Shown: positions 37,787 through 48,458 of the stretch, piece by piece
Numbering within the stretch: position 1 is the first letter of the stretch
How the letters are laid out: every line of letters starts with the position of its first letter
Assembly (NCBI GenBank): GCA_964610095.1
Contig: CAZSUT010000001.1
Coordinates: forward strand, 626 to 64,625
Source of the DNA: an uncultured Nitrospirales bacterium
GTDB taxonomy: Bacteria; Nitrospirota; Nitrospiria; Nitrospirales; NS-4
Reading direction: 5' to 3'
DNA: 64,000 nt
Program-made: the position numbers and the translations under genes
Notes under the pieces: model-generated
Told to the model about the DNA's origin: nothing
What the model saw: only the letters and a program-made list of their open reading frames with translations
The model's database searches: none

Positions 37787-38266
37787 ATGGAGGGCACGTT
37801 GATCAAGCTGACGGTACAGGGCGTGATGCCTGACGCCATCCCCAACTCGGAGAGCCAGGTGGTGATCCTGCAGGACGAGAGCAAGACCAATACCCTGCCC
37901 ATCTGGGTCGGTGTCGCCGAGGGGACCGCCATCAGGCTGGCCCTGGAAGGAGTGGTTCCTCCGCGGCCGCTTAGCCATGACCTGATCCGGAACCTGACCG
38001 AGCAACTGGGCTTGACAATCTCGAAGGTCGTCGTAACCGACGTCAAGAACAACACGTACTACGCCTCGATCTACCTGAGGAGCAAGCAGTCGGACACGCA
38101 ATCGGAACTGACGGTGGACTCCCGGCCGAGCGACGCGATCGCGTTGGCCTTGCGGACCAGCAGTCCGATCTACGTTACGCAAGAAGTCTTGGACCACCTG
38201 GCTCCTGAAAATGTCGATCCCTGGCTGAAGATGCTGGGATCGAAAGAGTTCGGCGGCACGGTCTAG
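37787..38266 (+). CDS. Bifunctional nuclease (DUF151/BFN) family protein, paralog 2
   Basis: 159 aa. LPIWVGVAEGTAI...PRPLSHDLI...VVVTDVKNNTYYASI...DSRPSDAIALALR. Confidence 0.8.
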   Translation: MEGTLIKLTVQGVMPDAIPNSESQVVILQDESKTNTLPIWVGVAEGTAIRLALEGVVPPRPLSHDLIRNLTEQLGLTISKVVVTDVKNNTYYASIYLRSKQSDTQSELTVDSRPSDAIALALRTSSPIYVTQEVLDHLAPENVDPWLKMLGSKEFGGTV

Positions 38267-38284
38267 CGCACGAGTGGGAGCCGC

Positions 38285-38716
38285 ATGACGAGAACCTATT
38301 CCGCCAAGAAGGCGGACATCACACGCAAGTGGTACGTGGTCGATGCGGATGGGAAGACACTGGGCCACTTGGCCTCGCAGGTCGCGATCGTGCTCCGGGG
38401 CAAGCACAAGCCGGTCTTCACCCCGCACGTGGACACCGGCGACCACGTGATCGTCATCAATGCTGAAAAAGTGCACCTGGCCGGCGACAAAGTCCGGACG
38501 AAGACATACTACCGCCATTCGGGCTACCCCGGCGGGTTGAAGACGGAAACCGTCAGAGAGGTTCTGAGCCGCAAGCCTGCTGCGGTGCTCGAACGGGCCA
38601 TTAAAGGCATGTTGCCCAAGACCCCACTCGGCAAGCAGATGGCTCGCAAGTTGAACGTGTATGCCGGTCCGACCCATCCGCACCGGGCGCAGCAGCCTGA
38701 GGCGTTGACCATCTGA
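38285..38716 (+). CDS. rplM: 50S ribosomal protein L13
   Basis: 143 aa. [29 protein letters not shown]. Confidence 0.97.
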   Translation: MTRTYSAKKADITRKWYVVDADGKTLGHLASQVAIVLRGKHKPVFTPHVDTGDHVIVINAEKVHLAGDKVRTKTYYRHSGYPGGLKTETVREVLSRKPAAVLERAIKGMLPKTPLGKQMARKLNVYAGPTHPHRAQQPEALTI

Positions 38717-38741
38717 TCTGCCACGAGGAGACTGAGCGTCC

Positions 38742-39137
38742 ATGTCCATGACAAACGCCACGAACGCGACGGGCAAACGGAAGCGGGCCGTCTGCCGAGC
38801 CTGGATCTGCGCGGGGTCCGGCCAGTTCACGATCAATGACTGCTCCCTGGAATCCTATTTTCCGCGAGCGACTCATCGGTCGACGGTCATCTATCCGATC
38901 GAGATCACCAACCTTCACGGGAAGCTGGACGTGAAGGCGACGATCGAAGGCGGCGGGAACAGCGGCCAAGCGGGCGCGCTCAGGCACGCCCTGTCGAAGG
39001 CCTTGGCCACGATGGATCCTGCGCTGCGCCCGATCCTCAAGAAGGAGGGGCTCCTCACCCGGGACTCGCGCACGAAGGAGCGGAAGAAATACGGACAGAA
39101 GGGAGCGCGCAAGCGCTTCCAGTTCTCGAAACGATAA
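38742..39137 (+). CDS. rpsI: 30S ribosomal protein S9
   Basis: 131 aa. GGGNSGQAGALRHALSKAL...KKYGQKGARKRFQFSKR. Confidence 0.97.
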   Translation: MSMTNATNATGKRKRAVCRAWICAGSGQFTINDCSLESYFPRATHRSTVIYPIEITNLHGKLDVKATIEGGGNSGQAGALRHALSKALATMDPALRPILKKEGLLTRDSRTKERKKYGQKGARKRFQFSKR

Positions 39138-39160
39138 CGGGGGCGACAACCTTTTCAAAA

Positions 39161-39188
39161 GGGAAGGCCCCTCGGCCTTCCCTTTTTT
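39161..39188 (+). terminator. Rho-independent terminator after rpsI
   Basis: GGGAAGGCC-cctc-GGCCTTCCC followed by TTTTTT. Confidence 0.85.
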
Positions 39189-39208
39189 ATTACTCGGAGC
39201 ATTGTCGG

Positions 39209-40225
39209 ATGACAACGGTCGCAGTAGTCGGGGCCAGTGGCTACGTCGGAGGGGAACTTCTGCGTCTCCTGTACCGCCACCCCAAGGTGCGGGTCACCGC
39301 CGTCACGTCGGAGCAATCCGCGGGCAAGCCGGTGCTGTCGCTGTTTCCCAACCTCGTGGGACCGGAACTGGTCTGCGAAGCCCTTGACCCTGACCGGATC
39401 GCCACCAGGGCCGACGCGATCTTCCTGGCGTTGCCCCATACCAAGTCAGCCGGTCCCGCACAACAGTTCCTCAAGGCCGGTCGCAAGGTCATCGACCTGA
39501 GCGCCGACTTCCGCCTCAAAAACGCGCAGGCCTACGAAACGTGGTACCAGACCACGCATCCCTGCCCGGACCTTCTGCAAATCGCCGTCTACGGCTTGCC
39601 CGAACTGCACCGCGACGCGATCCGATCGGCCACCCTGGTCGCCACACCCGGATGTTACGCGACCGCAGCGGTCCTCTCGCTGGCGCCGCTGGTCACGCAC
39701 CGGTTGCTGAGCGAGCCGGTCATCATCGATGCAAAATCTGGGATCTCCGGCGCGGGACGCACCCCAGCCCTCACCTATCATTTCCCGGAGGCGAACGAAT
39801 CCATCGTAGCGTACAAGCTAGGGTCCCACCGGCACATTCCGGAGATCGAACAAGAACTCGGCGTGACCGTCTCGTTCACCCCGCATCTGGTGCCCATGAC
39901 GCGGGGCATCCTCAGCACCGCCTACGTGCGCCTGCGGGAGGCCCGCACCACGGAACAGCTGACGGCGCTCTATCGGGACTTCTACAAGAACGAGCCGTTC
40001 GTGCGGGTGTTGGACCCGGGACAATCGCCGAATCCGCTGCATACCCGCGGCGCCAACCTCTGCGAGGTCTCGGTCTTCGTCGATCCGCGGACCGGCACGG
40101 CCACGCTGATAGCCGCCCTCGACAACCTAGTCAAGGGCGCAGCCGGTCAGGCCATCCAGGCGTTCAATCTCCTGCAGGGATGGGACGAAACGCTGGGGCT
40201 TCAGGACTCCGGCCTCTATCCATAA
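39209..40225 (+). CDS. argC: N-acetyl-gamma-glutamyl-phosphate reductase
   Basis: 338 aa. VAVVGASGYVGGELLRLL and the PGCYAT active-site Cys. Confidence 0.95.
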   Translation: MTTVAVVGASGYVGGELLRLLYRHPKVRVTAVTSEQSAGKPVLSLFPNLVGPELVCEALDPDRIATRADAIFLALPHTKSAGPAQQFLKAGRKVIDLSADFRLKNAQAYETWYQTTHPCPDLLQIAVYGLPELHRDAIRSATLVATPGCYATAAVLSLAPLVTHRLLSEPVIIDAKSGISGAGRTPALTYHFPEANESIVAYKLGSHRHIPEIEQELGVTVSFTPHLVPMTRGILSTAYVRLREARTTEQLTALYRDFYKNEPFVRVLDPGQSPNPLHTRGANLCEVSVFVDPRTGTATLIAALDNLVKGAAGQAIQAFNLLQGWDETLGLQDSGLYP

Positions 40226-40244
40226 AGATCCAAGAAGGATCGCG

Positions 40245-41453
<1,209 letters not shown>

Positions 41454-41468
41454 GCGGCAACATTTCGC

Positions 41469-41497
41469 TTGAAAAGCCAGGGGTGGCGTGTTAGTTT
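41469..41497 (+). promoter_or_regulatory. Putative sigma70 promoter of the rpsB-tsf operon
   Basis: TTGAAA (41469-41474) - 17 nt - TAGTTT (41492-41497). This leaves a leader of about 185 nt before the rpsB ATG. Confidence 0.4.
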
Positions 41498-41688
41498 TCA
41501 ACCGGTTAAATTCAGTGGTCGCAGTGACGGTCGTTCCTGCTGGCCATGAGGCCGGCCGGGCATTATCCACAATCTCTGGACGTCCGCCCAGGCGGACGGG
41601 ATATCGGCGCCCTAAGGACCTGAAAAATCCTCCCGCCCTGCTTTCCGATGAGGGCGGGTCGCGCCGGTACAAGAAAGGGGGTGACGGG

Positions 41689-42456
41689 ATGGGCGTGATC
41701 ACGGTCAAGGATCTACTGGAGGCAGGTGTGCACTTCGGCCACCAGACCAACCGATGGAACCCGAAGATGAAACGGTACATCTTCGGGGAGCGCAACGGCA
41801 TTTACATTATCGACCTGCAACAGACCCTCGCACGGTTCGAGGCCGCCTACGATTTCGTCCGGCAGACCGTCGCCCAAGGCGACTCTGCCCTCTTCGTCGG
41901 TACCAAGCGACAGACCAGCACGATCGTCACAGAAGAAGCCAAGCGTTGCCAGATGTTCAACGTCTCGCAGCGATGGCTGGGCGGCATGCTCACGAACTTC
42001 AACACGATCCGCAAGAGCATCGAAAAATTGCGCAAGATCGAGACCGCGGCGAGCGACGGCACGTTCGAACGCTTGCCCAAGAAGGAAGTGGCCCAGCTGG
42101 AAAAGGAGCGGCTGCGGCTCGAAGCGAGCCTGGGCGGCATCAAGGGCATGCACACCCTGCCTGGCTGCATCTATGTGGCCGACACGCGTGGCGAGCGCAT
42201 CGCCATCCTAGAGGCGAACCGGCTGGACATCCCCGTCGTCGCCATCGTGGACACCAACTGCGACCCGGACGGGATTGATTACCCCATCCCGGGCAACGAC
42301 GATGCGATCCGCTCCGTCAAATTGATCACCGCCAAGATCGCCGACGCCGTGATCGAAGGGCTACACCTGCGCGCCCAGCGCACCGAGGAGGAGAAGCCCG
42401 GGGCCATGTCCCCAGCCGACTTGCGGGCCGTCCAGGCCGCCGGCGCCGGAGTCTAA
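41689..42456 (+). CDS. rpsB: 30S ribosomal protein S2 (start re-called)
   Basis: [39 protein letters not shown] lies upstream of ATG 41689. The ORF-track start 41488 is an artefactual extension. Confidence 0.95.
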   Translation: MGVITVKDLLEAGVHFGHQTNRWNPKMKRYIFGERNGIYIIDLQQTLARFEAAYDFVRQTVAQGDSALFVGTKRQTSTIVTEEAKRCQMFNVSQRWLGGMLTNFNTIRKSIEKLRKIETAASDGTFERLPKKEVAQLEKERLRLEASLGGIKGMHTLPGCIYVADTRGERIAILEANRLDIPVVAIVDTNCDPDGIDYPIPGNDDAIRSVKLITAKIADAVIEGLHLRAQRTEEEKPGAMSPADLRAVQAAGAGV

Positions 42457-42498
42457 AGTCAGACCCGCAATCCGAAGTCATCAAGGAGTCAGAGGCCC

Positions 42499-43098
42499 AT
42501 GGCAGGAGACAGCGCACTCGTCAAGGAACTCCGGCAGAAGACCGGAGCCGGCATCATGGACTGCAAGCAGGCCCTGGTGGAAAACGGAGACGACATCAAC
42601 AAGGCCATCGACTGGCTGCGGCAGAAGGGCCTGGCCGCGGCCGGAAAAAAAGCGGGACGCGCCACGAACGAAGGCGTGATCGCTTCCTACATCCACCCTG
42701 GCAGCAAGGTTGGGGTGCTGATCGAGGTCAACTGCGAAACCGATTTCGTGGCCCGTAACGACGAATTTCAGGCCCTAGTCCGCGATCTGTCCCTCCAGAT
42801 CGCCGCGTCCAAGCCCCTGTACGTCCGGCGGGAGGACGTCCCGCAGTCCGTGATCGACAAAGAACTGGAAATCTATCGCGGCCAGGCGAAAGAGATGGGC
42901 AAGCCCCAAGCCGCGTGGGAAAAGATCGCCACGGGCAAGCTGGAAAAGTTCTATCAAGAAAATTGCCTGATGGAGCAGCTCTTCATCAAGGACCCGAGCC
43001 TCAAGATCGCCGACCTGATCAAGCAGAAGATCGCCAAGACCGGCGAGAACATCACCGTCCGCCGCTTCACCCGGTACCAACTCGGCGAGGAGGAATGA
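42499..43098 (+). CDS. tsf: Elongation factor Ts (short form)
   Basis: 199 aa. [20 protein letters not shown]. Confidence 0.95.
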   Translation: MAGDSALVKELRQKTGAGIMDCKQALVENGDDINKAIDWLRQKGLAAAGKKAGRATNEGVIASYIHPGSKVGVLIEVNCETDFVARNDEFQALVRDLSLQIAASKPLYVRREDVPQSVIDKELEIYRGQAKEMGKPQAAWEKIATGKLEKFYQENCLMEQLFIKDPSLKIADLIKQKIAKTGENITVRRFTRYQLGEEE

Positions 43099-43826
43099 GC
43101 CAGCCGGCCTACAAGCGCATCCTCCTGAAAATCAGCGGAGAAGTGCTTGCCGGCGACCAGGCGTTCGGCATCGACTCGCGGATGATCGAGTACATCGCCT
43201 CGGAGATCGCCGAGGTGGCCGCGATGGGCGTCGAGGTCGCGGTGGTTATCGGCGGAGGGAACATCTTCCGGGGGATCGACGCCGCCAACGGCGGCATGGA
43301 GCGGGCCTCGGCCGATTACATGGGTATGCTGGCCACCATCCTCAACGCGCTCGCCCTCCAGAACGCGCTCGAGAAGCAGGGCGCGGTCACCCGCGTCCAA
43401 TCCGCCATCGAGATGCGCCAGCTGGCCGAAGGCTACATCCGCCGGCGTGCGATCCGACACTTGGAAAAGAAGCGTGTGGTCATTTTCGCGGCAGGCACCG
43501 GCAATCCATATTTCTCCACCGACACGGCCGCCGCGCTTCGTGCAATGGAAATCGGGGCCGAGATCATCCTCAAGGGCACCAAGGTTTCCGGCATCTACGA
43601 CGACGATCCCATGAAGAATCCCCGCGCGACCAAATACACTAAGCTGTCCTTCCTCGCCGTCATCGACAAGCGCCTCAAAGTCATGGACTCGACCGCCATC
43701 TCCCTGTGCATGGACCACAACCTCCCCATCATCGTGTTCAACGTCAAGGAGAAGGGCAACATCAAGCGCATCGTCCAGGGAGAGCAACTCGGCACATTGG
43801 TCACAGACGAAGCCGCCCCAGCGTAG
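43095..43826 (+). CDS. pyrH: UMP kinase (start re-called)
   Basis: [16 protein letters not shown]. The ATG overlaps the tsf stop (ATGA). The ORF-track start is 42915. Confidence 0.95.
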   Translation: MSQPAYKRILLKISGEVLAGDQAFGIDSRMIEYIASEIAEVAAMGVEVAVVIGGGNIFRGIDAANGGMERASADYMGMLATILNALALQNALEKQGAVTRVQSAIEMRQLAEGYIRRRAIRHLEKKRVVIFAAGTGNPYFSTDTAAALRAMEIGAEIILKGTKVSGIYDDDPMKNPRATKYTKLSFLAVIDKRLKVMDSTAISLCMDHNLPIIVFNVKEKGNIKRIVQGEQLGTLVTDEAAPA

Positions 43827-43842
43827 CGCCGCGAGGGACGCC

Positions 43843-44400
43843 ATGGAATTCCCGCAGAAGAAAAAAGCCACGGAGAAAATGGAGGGCCAGCTCGAGCACC
43901 TGCGGCACGAGATGGCCGCGATCCGCACGGGCCGCGCCTCGATCGGCCTGCTGGATCACGTCCGGGTGGACTACTACGGCACGCCCACGCCCCTCAAGCA
44001 GGTCGCCTCGCTGGCCGCGCCCGAGAACCGGCTCCTCACCGTCCAGCCGTTCGATCCCAAGATGATCAAGGACATCGAGAAGGCGATTCTGGCCTCCGAC
44101 CTCGGTCTGAACCCAACCAACGACGGCAAGCTCATCCGCCTCCCGATCCCGCCGCTCACCGAGGAGCGCCGCAAGGAGCTGGTGAAGCTCGCGAAGAAGA
44201 TCGCGGAGGAAGTCCGGGTCCACATCCGCAACATCCGGCGGGACGTGCTCGAGGAGATCAAGAAGGCGCAGAAGGCCTCCCAGATGACCGAGGACGATTC
44301 CAAGAAAGCCCACGACGAGCTCCAGAAGCTGACGGATTCGTACATCACCAAAGTGGACGAGACCGTCAAGAAGAAGGAGGCGGAGATCACCGAAATTTGA
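43843..44400 (+). CDS. frr: Ribosome recycling factor
   Basis: 185 aa. Typical RRF sequence (IRTGRASIGLLDHVRVDYYG). Confidence 0.95.
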   Translation: MEFPQKKKATEKMEGQLEHLRHEMAAIRTGRASIGLLDHVRVDYYGTPTPLKQVASLAAPENRLLTVQPFDPKMIKDIEKAILASDLGLNPTNDGKLIRLPIPPLTEERRKELVKLAKKIAEEVRVHIRNIRRDVLEEIKKAQKASQMTEDDSKKAHDELQKLTDSYITKVDETVKKKEAEITEI

Positions 44401-45500
44401 ATTCCACCGTCGTCGAGATTTCCCTGCCTGCCCTCCGCCATAACTTCCGTCAAGTCGCGCGTCGCGTCGGGGCAGTACCTATCATCGCCGTCGTCAAGGC
44501 CAACGCGTACGGCCACGGGGTCGGGCCCGTCACGCGCACGCTCCTGACGGCCGGGGCGCACCAACTGGGCGTCGCCACGGTGGCGGAAGGCCAGGAGCTC
44601 CGGCACGCCGGCATCACCGCCCCGATCCTGGTGATGGGTGGCATATTCCCGGACGACATGCCGCTTCTCCAGGAACTCAATCTGACGCCGGTGCTGCCCT
44701 CGCGGGACGCCATCCTGATGGCCACCCGCCTCATGAAATCCCATTCCGCGCCCCTGCCCGTCCACCTCAAAGTGGACACCGGGATGAGCCGCCTGGGACT
44801 CACGCGGGAAGAATTCCTGGACATCCTCTGCTCCAACTGGCCTCCAACCCTGCGCCTCGAAGGCCTGATGAGCCATCTCGCCTCGGCCGACGCGCACGAT
44901 GGCGCGTCGGCCGAAAACCAACTGGCCCGCTTTCGCGAGCTGCTCGACGCAGCGAAGTCAGCCGGCCTAGCGGTGCCGGCTGCACACATCGCCAACAGCG
45001 CCGCCATCCTGCGCTTCCCGGCCAGCTACTTCGACCTCGTACGTCCCGGTCTCATGCTGTACGGGTACGTCAACGGGCCGACGGCCGCAGCCGATCTCCG
45101 TCCCGCGCTCTCATGGAAGACCCGCATCGTGCAGGTCAAACGCGTGGGCGCGGGCCAGTCGGTCAGCTACGGCGGGACGTTCGTCACGTCAAGTCCCTCG
45201 ACCCTGGCCATCCTGCCGGTCGGCTACGCCGACGGGTACAGCCGCGCCCTGTCCAACCGGGGGCACGTGCTGGTCGGCGGCAGGACGGTTCCGATCGTCG
45301 GGCGGATCTGCATGGACCTCACGGTGGTTGACGTGTCGGACCTCCCCGACGTCCGTCCCGGTGACGAGGCCGTGCTGTTGGGTAGACAGGGCGTCGCTGC
45401 GATCACGGCGGACGACTTGGCCGCCTGGCAGGACACCATCAGCTACGAAGTCCTCTGTCAGATCAGCCCCCGCCTCACGCGCGTCTATCTTGAAGACTGA
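44397..45500 (+). CDS. alr: Alanine racemase
   Basis: 367 aa. AVVKANAYGHG PLP-lysine motif. TTG start overlaps the frr stop. Confidence 0.9.
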   Translation: MNSTVVEISLPALRHNFRQVARRVGAVPIIAVVKANAYGHGVGPVTRTLLTAGAHQLGVATVAEGQELRHAGITAPILVMGGIFPDDMPLLQELNLTPVLPSRDAILMATRLMKSHSAPLPVHLKVDTGMSRLGLTREEFLDILCSNWPPTLRLEGLMSHLASADAHDGASAENQLARFRELLDAAKSAGLAVPAAHIANSAAILRFPASYFDLVRPGLMLYGYVNGPTAAADLRPALSWKTRIVQVKRVGAGQSVSYGGTFVTSSPSTLAILPVGYADGYSRALSNRGHVLVGGRTVPIVGRICMDLTVVDVSDLPDVRPGDEAVLLGRQGVAAITADDLAAWQDTISYEVLCQISPRLTRVYLED

Positions 45501-45515
45501 TCCCCGCGCCCCATC

Positions 45516-45544
45516 TTGCCAGGTCTGAATAAAACCGGTATAGT
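45516..45544 (+). promoter_or_regulatory. Putative sigma70 promoter of mlaEFD
   Basis: TTGCCA (45516-45521) - 17 nt - TATAGT (45539-45544), 33 nt upstream of the mlaE ATG. Confidence 0.5.
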
Positions 45545-45576
45545 CACGTCCGTCATTTCCCTGAAAGGGGCCGCGC

Positions 45577-46356
45577 ATGACCTCGTCAGTACTCCGTCTC
45601 GACGACACGCTCAAAGGCTACGTCTTAACTGTCCAAGAATTCGCCCTGCTCTGTGCGGCCGCGTTAGCTGGCGCGTTCCGGCGTCCCTGGTACCTCCGGG
45701 ATACGCTCTACCACATGGACCAGATCGGGGTGGGCTCTATTTTCATCGTCCTCTTGACGGGGATTTTCACCGGCATGGTCCTGGCCCTGCAAGGGTCCAT
45801 CCAGCTCGAGCCGTACGGCGCGGTCCAGTACATCTCCCGCCTGATCAGCACGTCCGTCGTGCGGGAACTCGGCCCGGTGCTCGCCGCCCTCATGATCGCC
45901 GGACGGGTCGGTTCCGGCATCGCCTCCGAGCTGGCGTCCATGCAAGTCACCGAGCAGATCGACGCGCTCAGGGCCGAAGGGACGGACCCCATCAAGAAAC
46001 TGGTCACCCCGCGACTGGTGGCCTCGGTAATCATGGTTCCTGTGCTGACCGTCATCACCAACGGGATCGCACTGCTCGGTGGGTTCCTGATCGCCAACCT
46101 CTACTTGAGCATCGACCCCTACTTCTATTGGACGTGGGCGTTCGAGGCCTTGCGCTTCCACGACCTGATTTACGGTCTCATCAAACCAGCCGTCTTCGGC
46201 TTCATCATCTGCATGGTCGGCTGCTACGCCGGCCTCAACACGGCCGGCGGGACTGTGGGAGTCGGTCAGTCGACGACCCAAGCGATGGTCACCTCCTCCA
46301 TCCTCATTCTCATGACCGACTTTTTCATGACCAAGCTGTTCGTCTTTCTCGGTTGA
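45577..46356 (+). CDS. mlaE: Phospholipid/lipid ABC transporter permease MlaE
   Basis: 259 aa. MlaE family motifs (IGVGSIFIVLLTGIFTGMVLALQ...EQIDALR). Confidence 0.9.
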   Translation: MTSSVLRLDDTLKGYVLTVQEFALLCAAALAGAFRRPWYLRDTLYHMDQIGVGSIFIVLLTGIFTGMVLALQGSIQLEPYGAVQYISRLISTSVVRELGPVLAALMIAGRVGSGIASELASMQVTEQIDALRAEGTDPIKKLVTPRLVASVIMVPVLTVITNGIALLGGFLIANLYLSIDPYFYWTWAFEALRFHDLIYGLIKPAVFGFIICMVGCYAGLNTAGGTVGVGQSTTQAMVTSSILILMTDFFMTKLFVFLG

Positions 46357-46363
46357 GGCGCCC

Positions 46364-47173
46364 GTGATCCGCTTCACCAACGTGTGCATGATGTTTCACG
46401 GCCGGCCGGTCGTCAAGGATTTCACCCTAGAGATTCCTTCCGGACACACGGTGGTGATCCTGGGGGGCAGCGGCGGCGGCAAGACGACCGTGCTGCGACT
46501 GATCCTGGGCCTGCTTCGCCCAGACTCCGGCTCCATCCGCGTCGACGGGCGGGAAATCGTCGGGCTTCCCGAACGAGACATGGCTCCGATCCGTGCCCGC
46601 ATGGCGATGGTCTTCCAAGGGTCCGCGTTGTTCGACTCGCTCACCGTCCGCGAGAACGTGGGCTATCGCCTCTACGAGGAGCAGGCCCTTCCGGACGACG
46701 CCATCGAACGGAAGATCATCGAGTCATTGTGTTTCGTCGGGCTTGAAGACACGCTTGAGAAAATGCCGGCCGAACTCAGCGGCGGCATGAAAAAGCGGGT
46801 CGCGATCGCGCGTGCCCTGGCCTGCAGTCCGAAGGTGATTCTCTATGATGAACCGACGGCGGGACTGGATCCGATCAACACCCACCTGATCAACGAGTTG
46901 ATCTGCCGGCTTCAGAAAGAGGAACGCCTCACGCAGGTGGTGGTGACGCACGACCTTGAAACGGCCTATCGCGTCGCGGACCGGCTGATCATGATCCATC
47001 GGGGCGAAAAACTCTTCGACGGCAACGTGGACATGCTGAAAACCGCGGACGACCCGCGCATCCGGACCTTCCTCCGCCCGCATGAAGTCCTGGCGGCGCC
47101 GGGATGCTTCCCAGATAAGGACGGCGGGATTCGCGTGGTCGCGCCGACCATGGACGAGGAGAGTCCGGCATGA
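46364..47173 (+). CDS. mlaF: ABC transporter ATP-binding protein MlaF
   Basis: 269 aa. GGSGGGKTT Walker A; LSGGMKKRVAIARAL signature. Confidence 0.9.
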   Translation: MIRFTNVCMMFHGRPVVKDFTLEIPSGHTVVILGGSGGGKTTVLRLILGLLRPDSGSIRVDGREIVGLPERDMAPIRARMAMVFQGSALFDSLTVRENVGYRLYEEQALPDDAIERKIIESLCFVGLEDTLEKMPAELSGGMKKRVAIARALACSPKVILYDEPTAGLDPINTHLINELICRLQKEERLTQVVVTHDLETAYRVADRLIMIHRGEKLFDGNVDMLKTADDPRIRTFLRPHEVLAAPGCFPDKDGGIRVVAPTMDEESPA

Positions 47174-48150
47174 GGCCCCGCGCGCAGGTGCGTTGGTTGC
47201 AGCTCAAGGTCGGCCTGGTCATCCTCGTCGCCGTCGCCGGGATCCTGGTCGCCATCATGAACCTCAACGAGGGCATGGGGATCTTCGGTGGTCGCGCGAC
47301 CTTCCGCGCCCTGGTGGCGGACAGTCACGGCATCAAGGTCGGGGCACCCGTCCGCCTCAACGGAGTGGACACAGGCAACATCATCCGCATCGCCATCGAC
47401 AGCAGCAGCGGCAAAGTGTCGCTCACCTTCACCGTCAACGACGACATTCGCCCGCTCCTGCGCCGCGACGCCGCCGTGCTGATCCGGCCGATGGGGCTGC
47501 TCGGCGACAAATATCTGGAACTCCTCCCCGGGACCCCCAAGGAGCTGCCCCTCCAGGATGGCGCGGTCCTCACCGGGCAAGCCGAGAGCGACATTACCGG
47601 CCTGGCCGACAGTGCGACGGCCACGCTGGAGAGCGTGAACCGCAGCCTCAAGGACCTCCAGACAATTCTCACCGGCTTGAAGGAAGGCAAAGGCACCGCG
47701 GGCAAGCTCGTGACCGACCCGGACCTCTACGACCACACGTCAGCGCTTCTTCGCAAGGCGGAGGCGCTCTCCGACAAGACCGCCCAATTGCTCGCCAGGA
47801 TCGAAAAGGGAGAAGGGACGCTGGGCCAGTTGGTCATGGACCGGACGTTCTATGACCGGGCCACTGCCGCCGTGGATAAATTGCAGAAGGTTGCCGCTTT
47901 GCTCAATCAGCCCAACGGCAGCCTGGGACGGCTGGCACGCGACCCGTCGTTGTACCAGCGATTGGAGGGCATCACCACGAAAAGCGAGGCCTTGGTCGGG
48001 AAGATCGAACGTGGCGACGGCACCCTCGGCAAGCTGGTCACCCAGGACCAGCTTTACCAGCGGGCCGATAAGGTGTTGACCGAGATGGAGACCCTGCTGA
48101 CGGACGTCAAGAAGAATCCAACCAAGTACTTCAAGTTCTCCGTGTTCTAG
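47170..48150 (+). CDS. mlaD: MCE-domain substrate-binding protein MlaD
   Basis: 326 aa. N-terminal TM, an MCE domain, and repeated GTxGKLV motifs. ATGA overlap with mlaF. Confidence 0.85.
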   Translation: MRPRAQVRWLQLKVGLVILVAVAGILVAIMNLNEGMGIFGGRATFRALVADSHGIKVGAPVRLNGVDTGNIIRIAIDSSSGKVSLTFTVNDDIRPLLRRDAAVLIRPMGLLGDKYLELLPGTPKELPLQDGAVLTGQAESDITGLADSATATLESVNRSLKDLQTILTGLKEGKGTAGKLVTDPDLYDHTSALLRKAEALSDKTAQLLARIEKGEGTLGQLVMDRTFYDRATAAVDKLQKVAALLNQPNGSLGRLARDPSLYQRLEGITTKSEALVGKIERGDGTLGKLVTQDQLYQRADKVLTEMETLLTDVKKNPTKYFKFSVF

Positions 48151-48455
48151 GTCTTGAGTTTCTTTCCTAGTCTCTTCTCCACGCTTGCGACCTTGGCGTG
48201 CAGGCGCCCCTGGGCCCCCTTGCGATAGTCCACCTTGATCGAACACGAGATGCGGTTGCAGTCCTTCCGCATCCGCTCAAAGCACTGCTTCACAACGCCG
48301 AACACGTCGTCCCAGTTGCCTTCCATGACCGTCCCCATCGGGTTGAGACGATAATCCACCCCGCTCTTGTCCACGATTTCCAGAGACCGGGCCACGTACT
48401 TGCCGACGCTCTCGCCTTTACCGAGGGGCGACATGCTGAACTCCAAGAGCAACAT
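48147..48455 (-). CDS. MTH1187/YkoF-like (UPF0045, DUF77) small protein
   Basis: 102 aa. MLLLEFSMSPLGKGESVGKYVA...GTVMEGNWDDVF. Confidence 0.75.
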   Translation of the reverse strand: MLLLEFSMSPLGKGESVGKYVARSLEIVDKSGVDYRLNPMGTVMEGNWDDVFGVVKQCFERMRKDCNRISCSIKVDYRKGAQGRLHAKVASVEKRLGKKLKT

Positions 48456-48458
48456 CGT

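Noticed and set aside
37691-38836. 381-aa minus-strand ORF spanning BFN2 and rplM
   Set aside because: rplM and the BFN genes on the plus strand carry strong family motifs. The minus-strand ORF is an antisense artefact.
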